Shown here: positions 1 through 7,913 of the stretch, in pieces
Layout: every line of letters begins with the position of its first letter
How positions within the stretch are numbered: the stretch's first letter is position 1
Source: Microbacteriaceae bacterium
Lineage (GTDB): Bacteria > Actinomycetota > Actinomycetes > Actinomycetales > Microbacteriaceae
NCBI GenBank assembly: GCA_018666065.1
Contig: JABJAO010000017.1
Span: forward strand, 1 to 57,635
Length of the DNA stretch: 57,635 nucleotides
Reading direction: 5' to 3'
Translations under genes and position numbers: made by a program
Notes under the pieces: generated by a model
Told to the model about the DNA's origin: nothing
Databases searched by the model: none
The model's input: only the letters and a program-made list of their open reading frames with translations

Positions 1-216
1 CGCATCAACTTTTCCCGCGATGCCGGGGCTTTGCTGCTGACGGTGCAAAATAACGGTGCGCCAAGCCAGGGTGGAAAGTCCGGGCTCGGCACCGCCTACC
101 TCGACCTCTACGCTCCAGACACCTGGAGTTTGGTCGTCACTGCACAGGGTATGACCCAGCTTCTGGTGAGACTCGAAGAGTCCCACGTCGCTGGAATCTC
201 AGTCGCGAGTGAGTGA
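1..216 (+). CDS. 3' end of a sensor histidine kinase-like protein (HATPase_c C-terminus); 5' end lies outside the window
   Basis: Frame open from base 1 (RINFSRDAGALLLTVQNNG...GKSGLG...WSL...TQLLVRL); VxNNG and GxGLG resemble the G1/G2 boxes. Confidence 0.6.
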   Translation, partial: RINFSRDAGALLLTVQNNGAPSQGGKSGLGTAYLDLYAPDTWSLVVTAQGMTQLLVRLEESHVAGISVASE

Positions 217-837
217 GCCGTGGGTCATAATCCATCGGTGCATGACAATGGCGGCAGCGGCACTCGCGTTCAAGGACCTGGTGGAGCCAAACTGAGTGAT
301 TTCCACAGCCATGTCGGCTGCTGCGAGTGCCTCGGCTGAGAGCCCTGGGCCCTCCTGCCCAAAAAGGATGATGCACTCCCGAGGGAGGGTGGTGGATTCC
401 AGAGGCAAAGATCCCTCGACATTGTCGATGGCGACAATCGGGAGGGCGTGCCCGCGCGCGAAGGCAACCACGTCATCAATGCTCGGGTGGTGGAGTACGT
501 GCTGATAGCGGTCAGTCACCATTGCTCCGCGCCGGTTCCAACGCTTTCGACCCACAATGTGAACAGTGTCAGCCAGAAAAGCATTGGCGCTGCGCACAAT
601 CGAACCGATGTTGAGATCGTGTTGCCAGTTCTCTATGGCCACATGAAACGGGTGGCGCTTCGTATCAAGATCGGCCACGATAGCCTCCATGGACCAGTAC
701 CGATACTGATCGACGACGTTGCGTGAATCTCCTTTTTCCAGCAACTCAGGGTCGAAATGATCGCCCTCGGGTAGCTCCCCCTGCCAGGGACCAACCCCCC
801 ATGTTGTTGCCTCAGGATGAGCATTACCGTCTGTCAC
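199..837 (-). CDS. TrmH/SpoU family RNA 2'-O-methyltransferase
   Basis: SPOUT motifs NIGSIVRSANAF, FGQEGPGL, SLNASAAA. Confidence 0.92.
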   Translation of the reverse strand: MTDGNAHPEATTWGVGPWQGELPEGDHFDPELLEKGDSRNVVDQYRYWSMEAIVADLDTKRHPFHVAIENWQHDLNIGSIVRSANAFLADTVHIVGRKRWNRRGAMVTDRYQHVLHHPSIDDVVAFARGHALPIVAIDNVEGSLPLESTTLPRECIILFGQEGPGLSAEALAAADMAVEITQFGSTRSLNASAAAAIVMHRWIMTHGSLTRD

Positions 838-874
838 ACAGCTAGCCTAGGGACCCTTTCGCTAACCTGTGGGC

Positions 875-1720
875 GTGCCTACATCGTCGTGGAGTCCTGA
901 AGGCCGATCGCTTCTTCTCGAGGGCGACAACCTCGAACTCATGAGGTCTCTGCCGAGCGAAATATTCACCCTGTGCTACATGGACCCACCCTTCAACACA
1001 GGTCGCACACAGGAGCGGACAACGTCCTCTATCTCCGCGTCACAGGGAACAGGTCGACAGGGATTTGGCGGGAGAACCTACGACTTCACTCTCGAGTCCG
1101 TGACCAGCTATGACGATTCCTTCACGGACTACTGGGGATTTTTGGCCCCGCGTCTGATGGAAGCCTGGCGCCTTCTCTCACCCGAGGGGACGCTCTATGT
1201 TCACCTGGATTGGCGCGAAGTCCACTACGCGAAGGTGGCTATGGACCAGATGTTTGGCCGCGAGCATTTCCTTAACGAAATCATTTGGGCATACGACTAT
1301 GGGGCAAAATCCAAGAGTAAATGGCCCACCAAGCACGACACGATCCTGGTGTATGTCAAAGACCCGACGTCGTATGTGTTCAACGCCGATGAGGTCGATC
1401 GAGAGCCCTACATGGCGCCGGGGTTGGTCGGTCCTGAGAAAGCTGCAAAAGGAAAGCTCCCCACTGACGTATGGTGGCACACCATCGTCTCTCCCACGGG
1501 GAAAGAGAAAACAGGCTACGCCACACAAAAGCCTCTGGGAATTTTGAATCGGATCATTCGCGCATCATCTCGTCCTGGCGACTGGGTCCTCGACCCCTTT
1601 GCCGGCAGTGGGACCACCGGGCACGCTGCCGCGGAGCTGGGACGGAAGTTTGTGGTCATGGACGCCAACGACGAGGCCCACACTGTGATGGCGAAACGGT
1701 TAGCGCCCTACCTGGCCTAG
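875..1720 (+). CDS. Orphan N6-adenine/N4-cytosine DNA methyltransferase (beta-class motif order)
   Basis: DPPF near the N-terminus, TQKP, and LDPFAGSGTTG near the C-terminus; start placed at GTG 875, 6 nt after -10-like TAACCT (GTG 869 is an in-frame alternative). Confidence 0.9.
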   Translation: MPTSSWSPEGRSLLLEGDNLELMRSLPSEIFTLCYMDPPFNTGRTQERTTSSISASQGTGRQGFGGRTYDFTLESVTSYDDSFTDYWGFLAPRLMEAWRLLSPEGTLYVHLDWREVHYAKVAMDQMFGREHFLNEIIWAYDYGAKSKSKWPTKHDTILVYVKDPTSYVFNADEVDREPYMAPGLVGPEKAAKGKLPTDVWWHTIVSPTGKEKTGYATQKPLGILNRIIRASSRPGDWVLDPFAGSGTTGHAAAELGRKFVVMDANDEAHTVMAKRLAPYLA

Positions 1721-2325
1721 CGAAGCGACTGGGTGAAGACGTCCCCACCCTCGGAGTACACGAAGCAATAGACCCCGCGCTCCCCCGCGCTCCACTGCGT
1801 GGCATCCACCGGGTACGCATACGCCGTGCGCAGATCAGAGAACTCTCGGGCGACATCAATATCGACGAGGTCTCGAACATCGCAGATTTCCCGCGCCTGA
1901 GCGAGCACGAGGGCGTCCCCGGGATAGGGCTCGCCGGGGTCGTCAGAGAGCAACTCAGCGTGAATAAGCTCAGCGTCGTGGGAGGCTCCACAGCTGATGA
2001 CCTCAAACTCTTGGGCAAAAGCATCATCAAATCCTGTGAGGCATTCGCCCCCGCGAAGGTCCAGCCAGCCCCACACACCAGGAGATTGTGGCGAGGATCC
2101 GAGGAGCGGAAACTCGGGGACTGCCTCATCCACTGGTTCGACGTCCTGGGCAAGGTTCTCGGTTGGTTCCGCGGTGTTCTGGCCGAGCATAAAGGCGCCA
2201 ATCCACAACGAGAGGGTGATGACAGTCCCCAGAACCCACGCACTGATGAAGATGGTCTGCCCGCGGGGGGTGTCGGTCAAACGGGGCCGGGGGGGAACCA
2301 TCGCAGGAGGTTCGTCGTTGCTCAT
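1717..2325 (-). CDS. Membrane-anchored septum formation family protein
   Basis: One TM helix, then the DLRGGECL..ISC..SHDAE..C..W..GER...C cysteine pattern. Confidence 0.7.
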   Translation of the reverse strand: MSNDEPPAMVPPRPRLTDTPRGQTIFISAWVLGTVITLSLWIGAFMLGQNTAEPTENLAQDVEPVDEAVPEFPLLGSSPQSPGVWGWLDLRGGECLTGFDDAFAQEFEVISCGASHDAELIHAELLSDDPGEPYPGDALVLAQAREICDVRDLVDIDVAREFSDLRTAYAYPVDATQWSAGERGVYCFVYSEGGDVFTQSLR

Positions 2326-2328
2326 GTC

Positions 2329-2874
2329 TTAGAGACCCAGGTCGGCCAATCCCAAGGCCGCCCGATAGGGATACCCGGCTTCTTCAATGACCCGGTCTGC
2401 ACCCGTGTTTCGGTCAACCACCACGCATACCGCGACGACTTCTCCGCCGGCTCGCTCCACAGCCCGAGCAGCGGTCAGCGGTGAGCCCCCCGTGGTCGAC
2501 GTGTCTTCGACAATCACGATTCGCTTTCCCCGCACGTCGGGACCCTCGATCTGTCGACCACGTCCATGGTCTTTGGGTTCTTTGCGGACAACGATTGCGT
2601 CGTAAGTTTTCCCCACCAACAACCCGCGATGCATGATCGCGGACGCGATCGGGTCAGCCCCCATCGTAAGCCCACCAATCGCGTCCACGGGTTCAAATTC
2701 TTCGAGCAACTCGAGCATGACGTCCCCGATGAGGGGTGCGACTCGGTGGTCGAGGCTCACCTGACGAAGGTCAATGTAGAACGACGCCTTCTGGCCACTG
2801 GTCAGAGTGAAATCGCCGTGGTGGACGGCCTCCTGGGAGATGAACTCGATGAGTTGCTCCCGTGCGTTCGCCAC
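2329..2874 (-). CDS. pyrE: Orotate phosphoribosyltransferase
   Basis: FTLTSG..FYID, RKEPKDHG, PRPP motif VIVEDTSTTGGS. Confidence 0.96.
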   Translation of the reverse strand: MANAREQLIEFISQEAVHHGDFTLTSGQKASFYIDLRQVSLDHRVAPLIGDVMLELLEEFEPVDAIGGLTMGADPIASAIMHRGLLVGKTYDAIVVRKEPKDHGRGRQIEGPDVRGKRIVIVEDTSTTGGSPLTAARAVERAGGEVVAVCVVVDRNTGADRVIEEAGYPYRAALGLADLGL

Positions 2875-2909
2875 ATCGCCAGTCTATCGATGCGCTTTAG
2901 GCTTGCCCT

Positions 2910-3743
2910 ATGAGAATCGCGACCTGGAACGTTAATTCGATAAGAACCAGGAAGGCTCTTGTCATCGATTTTCTCCACCAGGCCGATATCGATGTGGTGT
3001 TGATGCAAGAGACTAAATGTCGAGACGACCAGTTTCCCTTAGAGGATTTTGAGTCTGCCGGCTACGAGGTTGCTCACTTTGGTCTCAACCAGTGGAACGG
3101 TGTGGCCATCGCGTCGCGATTGCCCCTCGGGGATGTCGAACAGGGCTTCCCCGGGATGCCGGGTTTTTCCAAAAATCCAGAGGACGCCCCGGCGCTGGAG
3201 GCCCGCGCAATCTCGGCAACAATCGATGGAATTCGGCTGTGCTCTGTCTATGTTCCCAATGGCCGAGCGCTTGATGATCCGCACCTTGACTACAAACTGC
3301 GCTGGCTTTCAGCACTCGGTGAGCACTATCGGGCCTACCGGGAGCAGCCGGGCGCGCTTCCCTTCGCCATCGGAGGAGATTTCAACATCGCACCGCAGGA
3401 TTCCGACGTGGGAGACCCAATGTTCCTCGCTCCGGGAACAACTCACACCTCAGACCACGAGCGGGCGGCGCTGACTGGTTTCCTCGACACCGCGGGTGTC
3501 CTGGATACCGTCCGTCCCCGTGTGCCCGAGGGCTACACCTACTGGGACTACAAGCAGGGCAAGTTTCCTAAAGACCACGGAATGCGGATTGACTTCATTT
3601 TTGGGTCCGAAGCGTTTGCCTCCATGGTGACTCACGCCTCGATCGAACGAGACCAAAGAGTCGGAGAAGGTCCTAGCGACCACGTTCCCGTCGTGGTTGA
3701 GCTTGACGTCGAGGATGACTTCGATCGCCCCATGGTCTTCTAG
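2910..3743 (+). CDS. xth: Exodeoxyribonuclease III
   Basis: MRIATWNVNS, QETK, YVPNG, GDFN, RID, SDHVP. Confidence 0.96.
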   Translation: MRIATWNVNSIRTRKALVIDFLHQADIDVVLMQETKCRDDQFPLEDFESAGYEVAHFGLNQWNGVAIASRLPLGDVEQGFPGMPGFSKNPEDAPALEARAISATIDGIRLCSVYVPNGRALDDPHLDYKLRWLSALGEHYRAYREQPGALPFAIGGDFNIAPQDSDVGDPMFLAPGTTHTSDHERAALTGFLDTAGVLDTVRPRVPEGYTYWDYKQGKFPKDHGMRIDFIFGSEAFASMVTHASIERDQRVGEGPSDHVPVVVELDVEDDFDRPMVF

Positions 3744-4663
3744 ACCGGGGCCAACACGAGAGCGAGCCCCATCATGATGGGCAGCGACACCAGAGTGGTG
3801 AGCACAACAGAGTCTCGTGCGAGCGGGGTGGCTATGCCATAGCGCTGGGAGTAGTTGAAGACGTTCTGCGCGCTGGGCAGAGCAGCCAGAATCACAACCG
3901 TGAAGAGAGCGTGCTGTCCCAAATCGAAAACAAATACCCCCAGAAGCCAGGCGATGAGGGGCATGACGAGTAACTTAATCCCCGCAGCCACGCTGATCTC
4001 CAGGCGATACTCCCGCGCCTCCCACAGTCGCTGTGCTGCCAAGGAGAGACCCAAGGCAAACAGGAGAGTCGGGACGGCCGCCTGACCCAGAAGGGCGAGG
4101 GGTTCATGAATGATCGCGGGCACCCTCACGTCCAGCCATGAGACCAGCACTCCCAGCATCGAACCAATAATCAGAGGGTTTCGAATTGGTCCCGACAGGA
4201 TTCGACGAATCGACACGGACCCCTGACGTGTGACGTCCAGGATTGTCAACGCTATGGGGGACATCACGATCAGCTGGAATAGCAGGACCGGGGCAGCTAA
4301 CGCGGGGTCGCCCAAAATGTAGGCGGCCAGGGGCAAACCAATGTTGTTCGAGTTCACATACGACGCTGCCAACCCGCCAACGGTGAGACGCCCTGCGCCT
4401 CGCACCTTGACCAGGCTCACCACGACGAGGTAGATCACCAGGGCGAGGGTCGCAGCCAGAGCCGACACGGGCAAGAGTGCAGAGAACAAGACCCGAATAT
4501 CAGCGTCACCCAAGACGATGAACAACAGTGCCGGCGAAAAGACAAAGAACGCAGCCTTGGACAGAACGTCCAAAGCATTCGGCCCGAGAATGTCCATTCG
4601 ACCGGTGAGATAGCCAATGGCGACCACGAGGGTCACGATGCCAAAGCCTACAAAAACGTCCAC
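3740..4663 (-). CDS. AEC (auxin efflux carrier) family transporter
   Basis: About 10 TM helices; NSNNIGLP, NPLIIG, KLLVMP, LPSAQN motifs; start approximate (GTG 4663). Confidence 0.88.
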   Translation of the reverse strand: MDVFVGFGIVTLVVAIGYLTGRMDILGPNALDVLSKAAFFVFSPALLFIVLGDADIRVLFSALLPVSALAATLALVIYLVVVSLVKVRGAGRLTVGGLAASYVNSNNIGLPLAAYILGDPALAAPVLLFQLIVMSPIALTILDVTRQGSVSIRRILSGPIRNPLIIGSMLGVLVSWLDVRVPAIIHEPLALLGQAAVPTLLFALGLSLAAQRLWEAREYRLEISVAAGIKLLVMPLIAWLLGVFVFDLGQHALFTVVILAALPSAQNVFNYSQRYGIATPLARDSVVLTTLVSLPIMMGLALVLAPV

Positions 4664-4705
4664 CACGACCACATAGTCTGCTCTATTCCTGGGCCGTGGG
4701 CGACC

Positions 4706-4722
4706 GCGCAATAAAATTGCGC
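4706..4722. promoter_or_regulatory. Perfect inverted repeat GCGCAAT-AAA-ATTGCGC, candidate operator in a divergent promoter region
   Basis: 7-3-7 palindrome between the AEC and DUF6421-like genes, flanked by GGGC/GCCC. Confidence 0.5.
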
Positions 4723-4816
4723 CTCTGCCCCGAAATACGCACCATGATGGCGCTCAAAGCACCCATGAGCACCAAATCCCCGTTTTACACTGACCTCAAC
4801 AATTCAGGAGGTCACA

Positions 4817-6226
4817 ATGTCGATGGTGATGGAACGCCCCACCGGAAGCGCCCGAGAGCTCGTATCCTCCGCGCCGTGGAACGACGTGAAGCAGGCCTGC
4901 ATCACCCTGCAGTCCGTGCAATCCCACGACGGCAGTGTCTCCGGCGCCAAAGCGCAGTCCACAGCGCGGACCGCCGTTGCCTCCCTGATTGCGTCGGTCA
5001 CGACACTTGCGCCGCACTTCCCCCACGATAAGGACTACCTGGAGGCCGTCGTTGAGGATTGCACGGCATGGCAAGAATCCAGCTTTGGCGTTCCCGACTT
5101 CTATCGTTCCCTCTCTGCTTTTCACCCGGATAGAACCCGGGTGGATGGCACGGCTCATCTCGTTGTGTTTCCCATGTTCACCCAGAACGGCTCGACGAAC
5201 CGATTCTTCGAAGCGGTTCTGTGCGAGACAATCTGGCCCGATTTCGTGGCGGCTCTCGAGGCTGACGCCTACAGCAACGCCATGTTCGTGCCCGTGCGTT
5301 TTCTCGACTACACCCCGGGATATGACACCAACTCGGCGGTTCTCTTTCCCGAGTCTGTTGCAGTACTGCCACGGGTTCCTGCGGGAGCCCCAGCAGGAAC
5401 CGCGCCTGAGCTGCCAGCCTTCACGTGGGGTGGAATCTTTGCCGACCGCGAAGCAGCGCGGTTTCGCGCCGTTGTTCGCGACGCGGTAGACATCACCAAG
5501 CTTGAATTACCCGCCGACGCCCGAGAACTGCTGGAAGACCAAAACCTCGCGGAGAAAACCTTCGTGATGTGGGATCTGATTCACGATCGAACCCACATGC
5601 GCGGAGACCTGCCTTTCGACCCTTTCATGATCAAACAACGAATGCCGTTTTATCTTTACGGCCTGGAGGAGCTTCGGTGTGACCTCACCGCCTTCCGAGA
5701 GGCGGTGTCCCTCGCGCGTTCGAAAAAGACTGACCCGATCACCCGCAAGCACGCGAGTCTAGTTCTCTACGCTGTCGTGTTCGATCGAATCTTCCGCTTT
5801 CCCCTGACTGGGAACAGGGTCCGCAACTATGACAGTGTCGCTGGGCAATTACTCTTCGCCTGGCTTCACCAGAGCAGGGTCTTGCACTGGACCGACACCC
5901 AGTTGACGATTGATTGGGACGCCCTCCCCGACGTTGTGGTGAAGCTTTCAGACGCCATCAACGCTCTGTATTGGCAGAGTATTGACCGACCAAAGATTGT
6001 GCACTGGCTCGCTGCCCATGAGCTCATCGCCGGTGTTCTAGCGCCTCACCCTGCATCCAAGTTCGCCTCCGGCGACATACCGCTCGAGGGAACTCCGGGA
6101 GACATCACCGATCACGTCCACAACGACGAATTCCCCCTCTCCATGTTTTACGAAGCGCTAGCGAAGAAACTCGGCCCCACAATTGCCGCGACAGCAGGAA
6201 TTACCGGCCATGCCCGGGTTGCCTGA
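4817..6226 (+). CDS. DUF6421-like conserved actinobacterial protein, probable metalloenzyme
   Basis: AGGAGG RBS; VVFPMFTQNG, GYDTNSAVLFPE, WDLIHDRTH, LEELRCD motifs. Confidence 0.8.
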   Translation: MSMVMERPTGSARELVSSAPWNDVKQACITLQSVQSHDGSVSGAKAQSTARTAVASLIASVTTLAPHFPHDKDYLEAVVEDCTAWQESSFGVPDFYRSLSAFHPDRTRVDGTAHLVVFPMFTQNGSTNRFFEAVLCETIWPDFVAALEADAYSNAMFVPVRFLDYTPGYDTNSAVLFPESVAVLPRVPAGAPAGTAPELPAFTWGGIFADREAARFRAVVRDAVDITKLELPADARELLEDQNLAEKTFVMWDLIHDRTHMRGDLPFDPFMIKQRMPFYLYGLEELRCDLTAFREAVSLARSKKTDPITRKHASLVLYAVVFDRIFRFPLTGNRVRNYDSVAGQLLFAWLHQSRVLHWTDTQLTIDWDALPDVVVKLSDAINALYWQSIDRPKIVHWLAAHELIAGVLAPHPASKFASGDIPLEGTPGDITDHVHNDEFPLSMFYEALAKKLGPTIAATAGITGHARVA

Positions 6227-6247
6227 GACAAGTGTCAGGATGGTCTC

Positions 6248-7312
6248 GTGAGACTCCATGACCCCGACTGGCGCGGATTCGCGAGTGACAACTACTCCGG
6301 CATGCACCCTGAGGTGTTGGCCGCACTCGAGGAGGTCAACTCGGGTCACCAGATCTCTTATGGCGAAGACGACTACACGGCCAGGCTGACCACTGTTATT
6401 CGGGAGCACTTCGGCGACAAAGCCGAGGTTTTCCCGGTTTTCAATGGCACCGGCGCCAATGTTCTCTCGCTCACCGCAATGATGCCCCGATGGGGCGCCG
6501 TGATTTGTAGCTCGTTGGCACATATTCATACTGATGAGGGCGGTGCGCCCGAGCGGGTGTCGGGGTTGAAGTTGTTTCCAGTACCCCATCACCAAGGAAA
6601 AATTACGACGGCAGACATTGCCCACGAAGCATTCGGCTTTGGTGACGAGCATCGACCCCAGCCGGCCGTGGTGTCAATAACCCAGAGTTCTGAGCTGGGA
6701 ACGATTTATACACCGGAGGAAATTCGCACTATTGCGGAGTACACCCACGAGAAGGGGATGCTCCTTCACATGGATGGCGCGCGACTCTGGAATGCAGCAG
6801 CGAGCTTAGGACTCCCCTTCCGTGCGTTTACGACCGACGCTGGTGTGGATGTGGTGAGTCTGGGTGGAACCAAGAACGGGCTATTAGGAGCAGAAGCAAT
6901 TGTGGTCATCAACCCCGACGCTGTCGAGGGCCTCATTTATCTTCGGAAAATGAGTATGCAGCTCTCGAGCAAGATGCGATTTGTCAGCGCCCAGATGTTG
7001 GCTCTCTTTGAGGGGGAGTTGGGGCTTCGCTCCGCCACACACTCGAACTCGATGGCCCAGCGACTGCGCGGAGCATTAGAGGACCAGATCAGCTCGGGGG
7101 CAGTGACCGGTTTGTCCTTTAGCGCCCCGACGGAGGCCAACGGTGTCTTTGCGGTGTTAGACCCGGAGGTTTCCGACCGAATTCGCTCCACGTTCCGTTT
7201 CTATGACTGGGACCGCTCGAAGGGTGAAGTGCGCTGGATGTGCTCGTTTGACACCACGGAATCTGACATCGACGCGTTCGTCGACAAAATTACGGCCGAA
7301 CTTCAGGCGTAA
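6248..7312 (+). CDS. ltaE: Low-specificity L-threonine aldolase (PLP)
   Basis: FASDNY, NGTGAN, HMDGARL, SLGGTKNG (PLP lysine). Confidence 0.92.
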   Translation: MRLHDPDWRGFASDNYSGMHPEVLAALEEVNSGHQISYGEDDYTARLTTVIREHFGDKAEVFPVFNGTGANVLSLTAMMPRWGAVICSSLAHIHTDEGGAPERVSGLKLFPVPHHQGKITTADIAHEAFGFGDEHRPQPAVVSITQSSELGTIYTPEEIRTIAEYTHEKGMLLHMDGARLWNAAASLGLPFRAFTTDAGVDVVSLGGTKNGLLGAEAIVVINPDAVEGLIYLRKMSMQLSSKMRFVSAQMLALFEGELGLRSATHSNSMAQRLRGALEDQISSGAVTGLSFSAPTEANGVFAVLDPEVSDRIRSTFRFYDWDRSKGEVRWMCSFDTTESDIDAFVDKITAELQA

Positions 7313-7887
7313 CGGGCGCTACCCTCCACGATGTCGGACAGCGGCTTACGGGTCCGAGGCCGTGCCTCGCGTTCCTGAAGTTTCTCGGGCAGGTCCGCAG
7401 GGTTGCCTGCCGATCCCACCGCCATCACCGTCACTACTCGCTGGGACGAACTCAGCATCAATTCTTTGCCAAGCATCTGGGCATCAAAGCCACCCATTTG
7501 GTGAACCATGAGGCCGTCGGTCGTGGCCTGAATCGTGAAATGAGCCACCGCTTGGCCCAGGTCATAAATCGCGTGCGACTGAGGATTCCCCTCCGCATCG
7601 ACCACGGCAGCCACGTTCGCCACCAGGGCGGCCGCGTGCTCCGCCCACACCTGGTTTCCCGACGCCAGCGACGCCACAATCTTTCCGAACGTCTCGTCTC
7701 CACGGAATCCCACAACAAACGACCAGGGTTGAGAATTTCCCGAAGACGGTGCCCAGCGGGCAGCCTCAAAGGCTGATCCCAGCACGGTCGAATCCAGAAC
7801 CTCTGTGCGCGAGAAAGCTCTCGGACTCCAGCGATTTTCCAACGCTGGGGCCAGAGAAAACTCATGCGGATCGTGGTCGTGGCTCAT
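7303..7887 (-). CDS. Nitroreductase family flavoprotein
   Basis: RWSPRAF, ARWAPSSGNSQPW, HQMGGFD, RTRKP. Confidence 0.92.
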   Translation of the reverse strand: MSHDHDPHEFSLAPALENRWSPRAFSRTEVLDSTVLGSAFEAARWAPSSGNSQPWSFVVGFRGDETFGKIVASLASGNQVWAEHAAALVANVAAVVDAEGNPQSHAIYDLGQAVAHFTIQATTDGLMVHQMGGFDAQMLGKELMLSSSQRVVTVMAVGSAGNPADLPEKLQEREARPRTRKPLSDIVEGSARYA

Positions 7888-7913
7888 GTGTGTCCTTTGG
7901 TCGTGAGTCGAAT

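Noticed and set aside
1471-2484. 337-aa plus-strand ORF
   Set aside because: Shadow frame overlapping the MTase, the septum-formation gene and pyrE; no recognisable motifs
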